This document shows, piece after piece, positions 44,127-52,195 of a stretch of DNA of 64,000 nucleotides. The position numbers and the translations under genes are program-made. The notes under the pieces were generated by a model. The model did no database searches. It worked only from the letters and a program-made list of their open reading frames with translations, and was not told the origin of the DNA. Positions within the stretch are counted from its first letter, which is position 1. Every line of letters starts with the position of its first letter. Source of the DNA: Acidiferrobacterales bacterium (GTDB lineage: Bacteria > Pseudomonadota > Gammaproteobacteria > Acidiferrobacterales > UBA6901); assembly GCA_036393295.1 (NCBI GenBank), contig DASWHF010000044.1, positions 5,756 through 69,755 on the forward strand. The letters are read 5' to 3'.

Positions 44127-45581
44127 ATGTTCGATAAAACGGTCGCCGAGCTGTCCCGGGCCCTCCAGGGCCGCGAGTTTTCCAGCGCCGAGCTGACCCA
44201 GGCCTGCCTGGACCGCATCGAGCGCCACCGCGACCTCAACGCCTTCATCACCGTCGACCGCGAGCGGACGCTGGCCGAGGCCAAGGTGGCCGATGCGAGC
44301 CTCGCCCGGGGGGAGGCCACGGCGCTGACCGGCATCCCGATCGCCCAGAAGGACATCTTCTGCGCAGACGGCTGGCCCACCACCTGCGGCTCGAAGATGC
44401 TGGCCAACTTCACCGCGCCTTACGACGCCACAGTGATCGCTCGCTTCAAGGCGGCCGGGGCGGTGACGCTCGGCAAGACCAACATGGACGAGTTCGCCAT
44501 GGGCTCGTCCAACGAGACATCGTTCTTCGGGCCGGTCCGCAACCCCTGGGACCCGAAGACCGTCCCGGGCGGCAGTTCCGGCGGCTCGGCCGCCGCGGTC
44601 GCCGGGCGGCTTACGCCGGCCGCGACCGGCACCGACACCGGCGGCTCGATCCGTCAGCCGGCGGCGCTCACCGGCATCACCGGCTTGAAACCCAGTTACG
44701 GCCGGGTGTCGCGCTACGGCATGATCGCCTTCGCCTCCAGCCTCGACCAGGGTGGGCCGATGACGCGCACGGCCGAGGACGCCGCCTACCTGCTGAATGT
44801 CATGGCCGGTTTCGACGAACGCGACTCGACCAGCGTCGACGCGCCGGTGCCGGACTACACCGCGACCCTCGGCCGGGACATCCGGGGCCTTCGGATCGGC
44901 CTGCCCAAGGAATACTTCGGTGAGGGATTGAGTCCGGAGGTGGCGAAGGCGGTCGAGGCCGCGATCGCCGAGTACAAGAAGCTCGGCGCGACGGTCGTGG
45001 ACGTGAGCCTGCCCAACAGCCGGCTCGCGATCCCCTGCTACTACGTGCTGGCGCCGGCCGAGGCCTCCAGCAATCTGGCGCGCTACGACGGCGTGCGCTA
45101 CGGTTACCGGGCGGAGAAGTACGACAGCCTGCTCGACCTGTACAGCCGCACGCGCGCCGAGGGCTTCGGCCCCGAGGTCAAGCGCCGCATCATGATCGGC
45201 ACCTACGCGCTGTCCGCCGGCTACTATGACGCCTATTATCTCCAGGCCCAGAAGCTGCGCCGGCTGATCTCCGACGATTTCAAACGCGCATTGGAAAACT
45301 GCGACGTGATCATGGGCCCGACCAGCCCCACGACCGCCTTCGAGCTCGGCGCCAAGACCGACGACCCGGTGGCCATGTACCTGTCGGACATCTACACCAT
45401 CTCGGTCAACCTCGCCGGCCTGCCGGGCATGTCCATCCCCGCCGGCTTCGGCGCCGCGAATCGCCCGGTCGGCCTGCAGCTCATCGGCAAGTATATGGAC
45501 GAGGCGCGGTTGCTGAACATCGCGCACCGGTACCAGCTGGTGACCGACTGGCACCGGCGCGTGCCTAAGGGGTTTGAATGA
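44127..45581 (+). CDS. gatA: Glu/Asp-tRNA amidotransferase subunit A
   Basis: Start trimmed to [10 protein letters not shown]. Amidase signature [12 protein letters not shown] and [11 protein letters not shown]. Confidence 0.95.
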   Translation: MFDKTVAELSRALQGREFSSAELTQACLDRIERHRDLNAFITVDRERTLAEAKVADASLARGEATALTGIPIAQKDIFCADGWPTTCGSKMLANFTAPYDATVIARFKAAGAVTLGKTNMDEFAMGSSNETSFFGPVRNPWDPKTVPGGSSGGSAAAVAGRLTPAATGTDTGGSIRQPAALTGITGLKPSYGRVSRYGMIAFASSLDQGGPMTRTAEDAAYLLNVMAGFDERDSTSVDAPVPDYTATLGRDIRGLRIGLPKEYFGEGLSPEVAKAVEAAIAEYKKLGATVVDVSLPNSRLAIPCYYVLAPAEASSNLARYDGVRYGYRAEKYDSLLDLYSRTRAEGFGPEVKRRIMIGTYALSAGYYDAYYLQAQKLRRLISDDFKRALENCDVIMGPTSPTTAFELGAKTDDPVAMYLSDIYTISVNLAGLPGMSIPAGFGAANRPVGLQLIGKYMDEARLLNIAHRYQLVTDWHRRVPKGFE

Positions 45582-45583
45582 CG

Positions 45584-45684
45584 GCAGAGGAAAGGTACAA
45601 GAGAAAAGAGAAAAGACATTCGGATAACCCTACGGGCACGGATCATTGACGTTCTCTTTTCACTTTTCTCTTTTCTCTTTTCTC
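45584..45684. repeat. Family 2 palindromic element (polypurine / polypyrimidine arms), copy 2
   Basis: GCAGAGGAAAGGTACAAGAGAAAAGAGAAAAGAC ... GTTCTCTTTTCACTTTTCTCTTTTCTCTTTTCTC. Occupies almost the whole gatA-gatB spacer and ends 10 nt before the gatB ATG. Confidence 0.88.
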
Positions 45685-45694
45685 GGATTCTAAT

Positions 45695-47125
45695 ATGGAA
45701 TGGGAAACCGTCATCGGTCTTGAGGTCCACGTCCAGCTGCTCACCCAGAGCAAGCTGTTCTCCGGCGCGCCGACGAAGTACGGCGCCGAGCCCAACACCC
45801 AGGCCTGCGCGGTCGATATCGCGCTGCCGGGGGTGCTGCCGGTGATGAACGCCGAGGCGGCGCGCATGGCGGTGAAGTTCGGGCTGGCGATCGGCGCCAC
45901 GATCAACCACCGCTCGGTGTTCGCGCGCAAGAATTATTTCTATCCCGATCTTCCCAAGGGCTACCAGATCTCGCAGTACGAGCTGCCGATCGTGCAGCTC
46001 GGCAAGCTCTCGATCGACGTCGACGGCCGGGAGAAGATTGTCGGCATCACGCGCGCGCACCTGGAAGAGGACGCCGGCAAGTCGCTGCACGAGGACTTCC
46101 ACGGGCTCACCGGCATCGATCTCAACCGCGCCGGCACGCCGCTCTTGGAGATCGTTTCGGAGCCGGACATGCGCTCGGCGAAGGAGGCGGTGGCCTACCT
46201 GAAAAAGCTGCATGCGCTGGTGCGCTACCTCGAGATCTGTGACGGCAACATGCAGGAGGGCTCGTTCCGCTGCGACGCCAACGTCTCGGTGCGACCCAAG
46301 GGCCAGCACGAGTACGGCACGCGCGCCGAGCTCAAGAACATCAATTCGTTCCGCTTCGTCGAGAAGGCCATCGAATTCGAGGTCGAGCGCCAGATCGACC
46401 TGATTGAGGGCGGCGGCAGCGTGGTGCAGGAGACGCGCCTCTACGATTCGGTGAAGGACGAGACCCGCCCGATGCGCAGCAAGGAAGAGGCGCACGACTA
46501 CCGCTACTTCCCGGACCCCGACCTGTTGCCGCTGGTGCTGGAGCCGGCCTTCATCGAGGAGACCCGCAAGACCCTGCCCGAGCTGCCGGACGCCAAGCGC
46601 GAGCGCTTCATGCGCGATTACCAGCTCAACGCCTACGACGCCGGCGTGCTCACCGCCACGCGCGAGATGGCCGACTACTACGAGTCGGCGGTCGAGGCCG
46701 CCGGGGTCGATCCCAAGCTGGCCGCGAACTGGGTAACGGGCGAGCTGTCCGGATACCTTAATAAGGAGAACAAGGACATCGCCGGATCGCCGGTGACGAG
46801 CGCCCTGCTCGCCGGCCTGCTCAAGCGCATCGCCGATAACACCATCTCCGGCAAGATCGCCAAGGACGTGTTCGACGCGATGTGGAGCGGCGAGGGCGAC
46901 GCCGACGCCGTCATCGACAGGAAGGGCCTGAAGCAGATCACCGACAGCGGCGCGATCGAGAAGGTGATCGACGCGGTGATCGCGAAGAACCCGAAGCAGT
47001 TGGAGCAGTACCGGTCCGGCCAGGACAAGCTGTTCGGCTTCTTCGTCGGCCAGGTCATGAAGGCCACCGGCGGCAAGGCCAACCCGGCCCAGGTCAACGA
47101 GCTGCTCAAGAAGAAGCTTCAATAA
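45695..47125 (+). CDS. gatB: Glu/Asp-tRNA amidotransferase subunit B
   Basis: [15 protein letters not shown]...[16 protein letters not shown]; C-terminal YqeY-like tail. Confidence 0.95.
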   Translation: MEWETVIGLEVHVQLLTQSKLFSGAPTKYGAEPNTQACAVDIALPGVLPVMNAEAARMAVKFGLAIGATINHRSVFARKNYFYPDLPKGYQISQYELPIVQLGKLSIDVDGREKIVGITRAHLEEDAGKSLHEDFHGLTGIDLNRAGTPLLEIVSEPDMRSAKEAVAYLKKLHALVRYLEICDGNMQEGSFRCDANVSVRPKGQHEYGTRAELKNINSFRFVEKAIEFEVERQIDLIEGGGSVVQETRLYDSVKDETRPMRSKEEAHDYRYFPDPDLLPLVLEPAFIEETRKTLPELPDAKRERFMRDYQLNAYDAGVLTATREMADYYESAVEAAGVDPKLAANWVTGELSGYLNKENKDIAGSPVTSALLAGLLKRIADNTISGKIAKDVFDAMWSGEGDADAVIDRKGLKQITDSGAIEKVIDAVIAKNPKQLEQYRSGQDKLFGFFVGQVMKATGGKANPAQVNELLKKKLQ

Positions 47126-47150
47126 AAGGGGGTCGGAGTGATTCGTTTTT
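47124..47150 (+). repeat. Family 3 (GGGGTCGGAG) half-element
   Basis: AAAAGGGGGTCGGAGTGATTCGTTTTT matches the arm of the 48780-48879 palindrome. Lies between the gatB stop and the GGDEF gene start. Confidence 0.7.
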
Positions 47151-47156
47151 CCTCCC

Positions 47157-48278
47157 ATGGCCAGTTCTAGCGCAGCCGGGCAGCAGCGGTCCTCGCGGTC
47201 CAGGCATTCGCCCTTCAAGTTCATCGCGATGTTCGTGGGCACCGCCGTAATCGGCGTGGCGCTCACCTTCCTTGCCGTGCGCAACGCCTCGAAGGAGCTC
47301 GAGATCGTGCATGCCGTCGACAACCTGCACGCCATGCTGCTCGACCGTGTCGCGCACGAGACGGCGCAACGGGGCGCTCCGCTGTCGTTCGCCGACGTCG
47401 AGAAACTGGCCGCCGCCCTGGGAACGCCGGCTTATCCGGTCATCGCGGTGCGCGACGGCGCGTTGCGCGCGGTGGAGATCGCGCGGCCGCCGCTGGGGAT
47501 CAGCGCGTCGCAGCTCGAGCGCTCCCGGATCAACCGGCGCGGCGGCTATACCGATGCCGGGGGTCGCGGCCTGACCTGGGTGCAGGTCGCCATTCCCGGC
47601 AGCCCCCATCAGCTGCTGGCGGCCCATGAGCTGGTGTCGCGCAACGCCGAGGCGCTGATGAGCGCCTACCGGAGCCGGCTGATCGTGCCGGCCGCGTTCT
47701 ATATCTGGATGACGGTCTGGGTCGCGCTGATCCTCAACAACCTCACCAAGCGCCTGCGCATGCAGAAAGACGCGGTCGAGCACCTGGCGCTGCACGACGC
47801 GCTCACCGGTCTGCCGAATCGCAATTACCTGTTCCGGCATCTTGAAAAGTTGATTGAATCCGCGCGCACCCGGAGCCCGGGATTCGCCCTGGCGATCGTG
47901 GACCTGGACAAGTTCAAGCAGGTCAACGACCACTTCGGGCACGACGCGGGGGACGAGCTGTTGCGCCAGGTCGCCGACCGCTTCCGCCAGGCGTTGCGGC
48001 ACGGCGACCTGGTCGCGCGCACCGGCGGCGACGAATTCATCCTGGTGTTCCCCGATTCCGACACCCACAGTTGCCGCGCGCTCTGCGACCGCATCATCGA
48101 GTCCCTGACCCGCGACTACACGGTGCTGGGGCATGACATCAGGATCGGCGCCAGCATGGGCGTGGCCACCTACCCCACCCACGCCCAGGAGCTGGTGGAA
48201 CTGGCGCGCAAGGCCGACCGGTCCATGTACGCCGCCAAGAACGCCGGTGGCGGCGTGGTGGGCTACACTGGCGAGTGA
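47157..48278 (+). CDS. Membrane-anchored diguanylate cyclase (GGDEF domain)
   Basis: Two hydrophobic segments flank a periplasmic-like region. C-terminal GGDEF domain with DALTGLPNR and RTGGDEFILVF. No RxxD I-site checked. Confidence 0.85.
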   Translation: MASSSAAGQQRSSRSRHSPFKFIAMFVGTAVIGVALTFLAVRNASKELEIVHAVDNLHAMLLDRVAHETAQRGAPLSFADVEKLAAALGTPAYPVIAVRDGALRAVEIARPPLGISASQLERSRINRRGGYTDAGGRGLTWVQVAIPGSPHQLLAAHELVSRNAEALMSAYRSRLIVPAAFYIWMTVWVALILNNLTKRLRMQKDAVEHLALHDALTGLPNRNYLFRHLEKLIESARTRSPGFALAIVDLDKFKQVNDHFGHDAGDELLRQVADRFRQALRHGDLVARTGGDEFILVFPDSDTHSCRALCDRIIESLTRDYTVLGHDIRIGASMGVATYPTHAQELVELARKADRSMYAAKNAGGGVVGYTGE

Positions 48279-48349
48279 GGCCGGCGGCAAACCGCGAGCG
48301 GGCACGCCGCCGGCCCCCGAATGAAGTCGAACGTCATTGGTGCAGGGTG

Positions 48350-48574
48350 ATGAAACTGAAGAGAAACATGGGCCCCGTCGATCAGGTGTTTCGTACCGCC
48401 ATGGGGGCGGCGTTGATCTATCTGGGACCGTTCTCGGAGTGGCTGACCGCGGATTTCATGTCGGGCATGCTGCTGGCGCTGGTCGGCGTTCTGACCATCG
48501 TGTCCGCGGTCAGCGGCTACTGTCCGCTCTATCACCTGGCCGGATTCAACACGTATAGGCCGCTGCACGACTGA
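48350..48574 (+). CDS. DUF2892 (YgaP-C-like) small membrane protein
   Basis: Start trimmed to MKLKRNMGPVDQ. Two TM segments and the family-typical GYCPLY motif near the C-terminus. Confidence 0.7.
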   Translation: MKLKRNMGPVDQVFRTAMGAALIYLGPFSEWLTADFMSGMLLALVGVLTIVSAVSGYCPLYHLAGFNTYRPLHD

Positions 48575-48590
48575 ACCGCCGGCCGCCGGG

Positions 48591-48605
48591 CTCCGACCCC
48601 TTTAC
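48591..48605 (-). repeat. Family 3 (GGGGTCGGAG) half-element, inverted
   Basis: CTCCGACCCCTTTAC, 17 nt after the DUF2892 stop. Confidence 0.6.
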
Positions 48606-48611
48606 TTATAG

Positions 48612-48686
48612 TTCGTGCGCGCCGAGTCTGCCGGATGGCAGACTTGCGTCGCCGATCGGTGGTGCGCTGTTTGTTCCAGCGAGTAA
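48612..48686 (+). pseudogene. 3'-terminal fragment of a paralogue of the 48904..50451 gene
   Basis: Translates as FVRAESAGWQTCVADRWCAVCSSE*, which aligns with the C-terminus FERAESAGGKACVADSWRAVCSGE of the downstream gene. There is no upstream coding body. Confidence 0.65.
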
Positions 48687-48771
48687 TCCGGGTGGCGATG
48701 ACTCAAGGTCCCAGGTGTCTCGGTAAGTAGTGCGGTCAAGACCTGTGTGGTTTGCGGGCCGGAATTAGAGT
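48612..48771 (+). repeat. 160-bp direct repeat, copy 1
   Basis: Manual alignment with 50362..50520 gives about 22 differences (one indel) over 160 nt. Confidence 0.85.
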
Positions 48772-48779
48772 GACTGGAT

Positions 48780-48879
48780 AAAGGGGTCGGAGTGATTTAT
48801 TTTTGAGCAGCGCGGCAAAGTAAACAAAGATGTCGATATAGTTGCACGCTGCTCAAAAATAAATCACTCCGACCCCTTT
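48780..48879. repeat. Perfect palindrome (33-bp arms, 34-nt loop), family 3 full element
   Basis: AAAGGGGTCGGAGTGATTTATTTTTGAGCAGCG ... CGCTGCTCAAAAATAAATCACTCCGACCCCTTT. Ends ~25 nt before the ATG at 48904. Confidence 0.9.
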
Positions 48880-48903
48880 AAACCCTTTAAGGGGAGGGTG
48901 CCA

Positions 48904-50451
48904 ATGGTCAAGCGTACTGCGGCGACCGCGTTGTCCGCGCTGACGGGTATCGGCGGACATTTCCTGAACGGCCGCGCCGACCGCGCGCAGCTGTTCCTTG
49001 CGCTGTTCTTCCTCTGGCCGGTCGTGCTCATCGTCGCCCTGGCGGTCTCCCGCGACGGCGAGCGTATTGGTGTCGGAGGATGGACGGTCGGTCTCATTGT
49101 CCTGGGGTTCGTGGCAACCTGGCTTTCCAGCCTGGTGATCAGCTTCCGCGATGCCGGCGCCGCCGCGCCACCCAAGCCGCCGGCCGGCATCGCCGCCCGG
49201 TTCAGCGCGCTGGTATTGAGCCTGGTCGTCTTCGGCCTGTTGTATTACGTGGCGGCGATGGCGATATCGTTCGCGCCGGTCGCGACCGGCCTGTGGTGGC
49301 GTGGCGAGTCCGAGGTCGGCGACCGGGCCGCCGAGGTCCGGCACTCGCTGTCCCGGGAGAATTTCTGGCAGTATCTTTACTTCGGCGGCATGTCCGGTGA
49401 CGACGGTGAGCTGCCCGCGCCGCCGCCCGGCGACGGCTATCTGGTGGGACGCATCGCCTTCGACGAGCGGCCGGCCGCCGGGGTGTCGCTGGATCTGACC
49501 CTCAACAGAAAATTCCGGACGCCGACGCTGACCACAGACGACGACGGCCTGTTCACCCTGCGGCTGCCGCCCGGAGACTGGTTCATCAATCGTCTGCGGA
49601 CCACGGCATGGACCGGGCGCCCGTCGCAGGGCGAATTCGTCCTGTCCAGCGAGCGCGATGCGCCGCTTCCCGAACTCGGCGGCTACCATCGGCGGGGTGT
49701 CGTGGGCGACCAGCAGGGCTGGCCGGTGACCGTGACCGCGCAGCCGGTGACGAACCCGCTGCAGTTTGCGATCCGGCAGGAAGTCGCGCTGGAGTGGCCG
49801 CGCGGCGAGCGTCCGCGCGTGTCGCTGGCCGACGCGACCGTTAAGTGGCGTCCCTATCCGGAGGCCGCGGCCTACGCGGTATCGATTTATGAGGTCGAGC
49901 GTCACGCGGGCGGCTGGACCAGTCGCGAGATCGCGACGCGCCAGCTGCGCGACGCCACACAGCTCCCTCTCGGTTCTTTCAAGTCGACGTCCGGCGCCAA
50001 AGACCGGGAATACGCCGTGCACATCGCCGCCTTCGCGGCGGACGGCCGCTTTCTCAGCGAGACGCAGCGTGACGCGCATTTCGTGCTCGTCGACGGTGTG
50101 CGGATCGTCGACGAGGACAGCGCCGCGCAACGCCTGCGCGCCGTCGAACGGGAGTTCGCCGCCCGGGGCGCGTCGCCGGCGCGCCGGCTGGAGCACCGCA
50201 AGCGCCTGGCCGCGGTCGAGGTGCTGATCGACGACGGCCTGCTGGCCGAGGCCGAGCGGCTGCTGGCCAAGGTCGATCGAACTGCCGCGCCGGGAACCAA
50301 GGAGGCCCTGCTCGGCTACCTGCGCGCCCGCCAGGGCCGCTGCGCCGAGGCGAAAGAATTGTTCGAGCGCGCCGAGTCCGCCGGAGGGAAGGCTTGCGTC
50401 GCCGATAGCTGGCGGGCTGTCTGTTCCGGCGAGCAATCCGAGCGGCGATGA
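48904..50451 (+). CDS. Hypothetical membrane-anchored protein (515 aa) with beta-sandwich-like middle region and helical-repeat C-terminus
   Basis: ATG 48904 follows a GGGGAGGG RBS; the track start is GTG 48898. Four N-terminal hydrophobic segments. Middle ...GRIAFDERPAAGVSLDLTLN...TTDDDGLFTLRLPPGDWF resembles carboxypeptidase-regulatory-like folds. C-terminal Ala/Leu/Arg-rich TPR-like helices. No family recognised with confidence. Confidence 0.6.
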   Translation: MVKRTAATALSALTGIGGHFLNGRADRAQLFLALFFLWPVVLIVALAVSRDGERIGVGGWTVGLIVLGFVATWLSSLVISFRDAGAAAPPKPPAGIAARFSALVLSLVVFGLLYYVAAMAISFAPVATGLWWRGESEVGDRAAEVRHSLSRENFWQYLYFGGMSGDDGELPAPPPGDGYLVGRIAFDERPAAGVSLDLTLNRKFRTPTLTTDDDGLFTLRLPPGDWFINRLRTTAWTGRPSQGEFVLSSERDAPLPELGGYHRRGVVGDQQGWPVTVTAQPVTNPLQFAIRQEVALEWPRGERPRVSLADATVKWRPYPEAAAYAVSIYEVERHAGGWTSREIATRQLRDATQLPLGSFKSTSGAKDREYAVHIAAFAADGRFLSETQRDAHFVLVDGVRIVDEDSAAQRLRAVEREFAARGASPARRLEHRKRLAAVEVLIDDGLLAEAERLLAKVDRTAAPGTKEALLGYLRARQGRCAEAKELFERAESAGGKACVADSWRAVCSGEQSERR

Positions 50452-50520
50452 CTCAAGTCCCAGGCGTCTCGGTAAGTAGTGCGTTCAAGGCCTGCGTGGT
50501 TTGTGGGTCGGAATAAGAGT
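50362..50520 (+). repeat. 160-bp direct repeat, copy 2 (last ~90 nt of the 515-aa gene plus ~70 nt downstream)
   Basis: See copy 1 (48612..48771). Confidence 0.85.
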
Positions 50521-50537
50521 TATAAATTCTTCGACTA

Positions 50538-50549
50538 CTCCGACCCCTT
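50538..50549 (-). repeat. Family 3 (GGGGTCGGAG) half-element, inverted
   Basis: CTCCGACCCCTT, just after direct-repeat copy 2. Confidence 0.5.
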
Positions 50550-50805
50550 GATCCGAGTGTGATGGGTAAGGCTGGGCCGGGTGATGTCGCCCGCTCAGAT
50601 CCGGCTCGACCACTAGACGGCGAAGTCGCGTGCGAGCAGATTTGAGAAAGCGACGCGCTGTGTCAGGCCACGGTGGCTTGGCGGAAGTACTGCGTTCGCT
50701 GGACATCTTCTGTGAATCCGGCGCAGCTAGGTGCACCCTCCTACCATGATACAAAATCAACTTTATGTCGTGGCACAACAATGCCGCGTGGAGGCATTGA
50801 GTTGT

Positions 50806-51528
50806 CTATAAGTATGATTCCATAGCGACATGAGCGGCGGACAGAGAAGCGGCGCACAGAATTGGAACGGACACGAGAAAGAACACGAGTCCCCAGTCCA
50901 CTGACTGAAAATTCGAGCTACCGGTTTGTGTCTTTCTTGGTGTTTTGGACATAGCATGTTTGGTCGGCCGTTTGGCAACCTGATCTCTACCTTGTGTGGG
51001 CCAATACATCAACGCCGCAAATCCGAAAAAAGCCACAATCATGAGAGTGATAGCTACATTGAAGATCTGAGTATGGGAGGGCGTCATTGGAACTATCAAG
51101 GATGTAAGCCAAATCAGCAATTGAGAAAAGAACCAGAAAACAATAAAGATTGTCGACAATCCTCCCAGCAGGAACGTTGAACCCAGGGCAGCCGCAAACG
51201 ATATTCCGACAATTCCAAATTGGGAAATAAGGTACCAATACCTACGTTTACGAATTCTCGCGCTTTTGCGAGCCGTGTTATTGATTAACCAGAAACAATA
51301 CAGGCCAACCAATACCAAACAACCTGCTGGAATTGCGCCTGCATAAAGTGAACGATGAAATGAAATTAGGTGTGATGGCACTCCGAGATCGTTCATTTGA
51401 AAGTAGATCGCCGGAAATCCCAATCCGATCGCAAGCGCGACAAAGATTGTACCTGTGGCAGCAATTAGCTCTATCCGGTAGATTGCGGACTTCCAATGCC
51501 CGGTGGGCGAGTATATTTTGTCTGGCAT
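50806..51528 (-). CDS. Hypothetical polytopic membrane protein (240 aa), low-GC islet
   Basis: At least six hydrophobic segments and basic loops (RKSARIRKRRYW). AT-rich codon usage unlike the rest of the window. GGGGA about 9 nt upstream of the ATG. No motif recognised. Confidence 0.6.
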   Translation of the reverse strand: MPDKIYSPTGHWKSAIYRIELIAATGTIFVALAIGLGFPAIYFQMNDLGVPSHLISFHRSLYAGAIPAGCLVLVGLYCFWLINNTARKSARIRKRRYWYLISQFGIVGISFAAALGSTFLLGGLSTIFIVFWFFSQLLIWLTSLIVPMTPSHTQIFNVAITLMIVAFFGFAALMYWPTQGRDQVAKRPTKHAMSKTPRKTQTGSSNFQSVDWGLVFFLVSVPILCAASLSAAHVAMESYL

Positions 51529-51624
51529 TTATGATCCCCAAATCATGTCGCGCCAGGAAGTCGAGTACCCGATTTCAGAGAAAAAGAAGACCGACAGAAA
51601 TGATGTAAGAAAAGTTTTTCTTGA

Positions 51625-51843
51625 TCAGTCCTTCCCGAAATCAAAAAGCTCTTTGACCGGAATCCTGAGAACCCCTGAAAGCTTTTCGAGCGTCTCAAAC
51701 CTCGGACCAAATATTCCACGCTCAATGTTGCTGATCGACTCTACCGTCAATCCGGTGCCGTCGGCCAATTGCTCTTGAGTAATCCCGGCACTAATTCGCA
51801 GCTGTTGTAAACGTTTGCCAAATTTTTTCTTGAGCTTTCCCAT
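51625..51843 (-). CDS. XRE-family helix-turn-helix transcriptional regulator (72 aa)
   Basis: Trimmed from ORF 51625..52089 to MGKLKKKFGKRLQQLRISAGITQEQLADGTGLTVESISNIERG. Classic HTH_XRE (Cro/CI-type) pattern. Confidence 0.75.
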   Translation of the reverse strand: MGKLKKKFGKRLQQLRISAGITQEQLADGTGLTVESISNIERGIFGPRFETLEKLSGVLRIPVKELFDFGKD

Positions 51844-51878
51844 GGGCGGTTCCGCGACAGGAGCCGCTTTATGGTATT

Positions 51879-51916
51879 GAAGTTGAACTTCGGGCATAAC
51901 GAAGTTGCACTTCGGG
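51879..51916. promoter_or_regulatory. Twin palindromic operator-like sites GAAGTT-N-AACTTC
   Basis: GAAGTTGAACTTCGGG (51879-51894) and GAAGTTGCACTTCGGG (51901-51916). Each core is a perfect 6+1+6 inverted repeat. Centres are 22 bp apart. Located between the divergent XRE gene and the 51935 ORF. Confidence 0.65.
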
Positions 51917-51934
51917 TCCGAGATTGCTGACGAT

Positions 51935-52195
51935 ATGGAAGATTTTCGTGCGGCAATGCGGATTGCGGACGGATACCATAAACCCCACCAAGCTATCCTC
52001 ATCCACCCCGCCTTATGGCTGCCCCACGATGCACCCATCGGGGAGCTCTTCGTGAATAGGGCCATAGAGATCGTCGTTACACGGGTCATGGAACGCCGTG
52101 AGGTACGGCTGGGGATTGAGGCGGATCGGCGGTTTGTGGTTTGGCGGGAGGAACTGACGGAGTTAGGTTGGGAGGGACCGAAGCGTGGGCCGTAG
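51935..52195 (+). CDS. Hypothetical 86-aa protein
   Basis: ATG 51935 inside ORF 51905..52195. Overlaps the next ORF by 11 nt. No recognisable motif, so coding status is uncertain. Confidence 0.35.
   Translation: MEDFRAAMRIADGYHKPHQAILIHPALWLPHDAPIGELFVNRAIEIVVTRVMERREVRLGIEADRRFVVWREELTELGWEGPKRGP

Noticed and set aside
51625-52089. 154-aa long form of the minus-strand XRE ORF
   Set aside because: The N-terminal 82 codons run through the operator region and overlap the divergent 51935 ORF. The HTH domain starts right after the internal Met at 51843.
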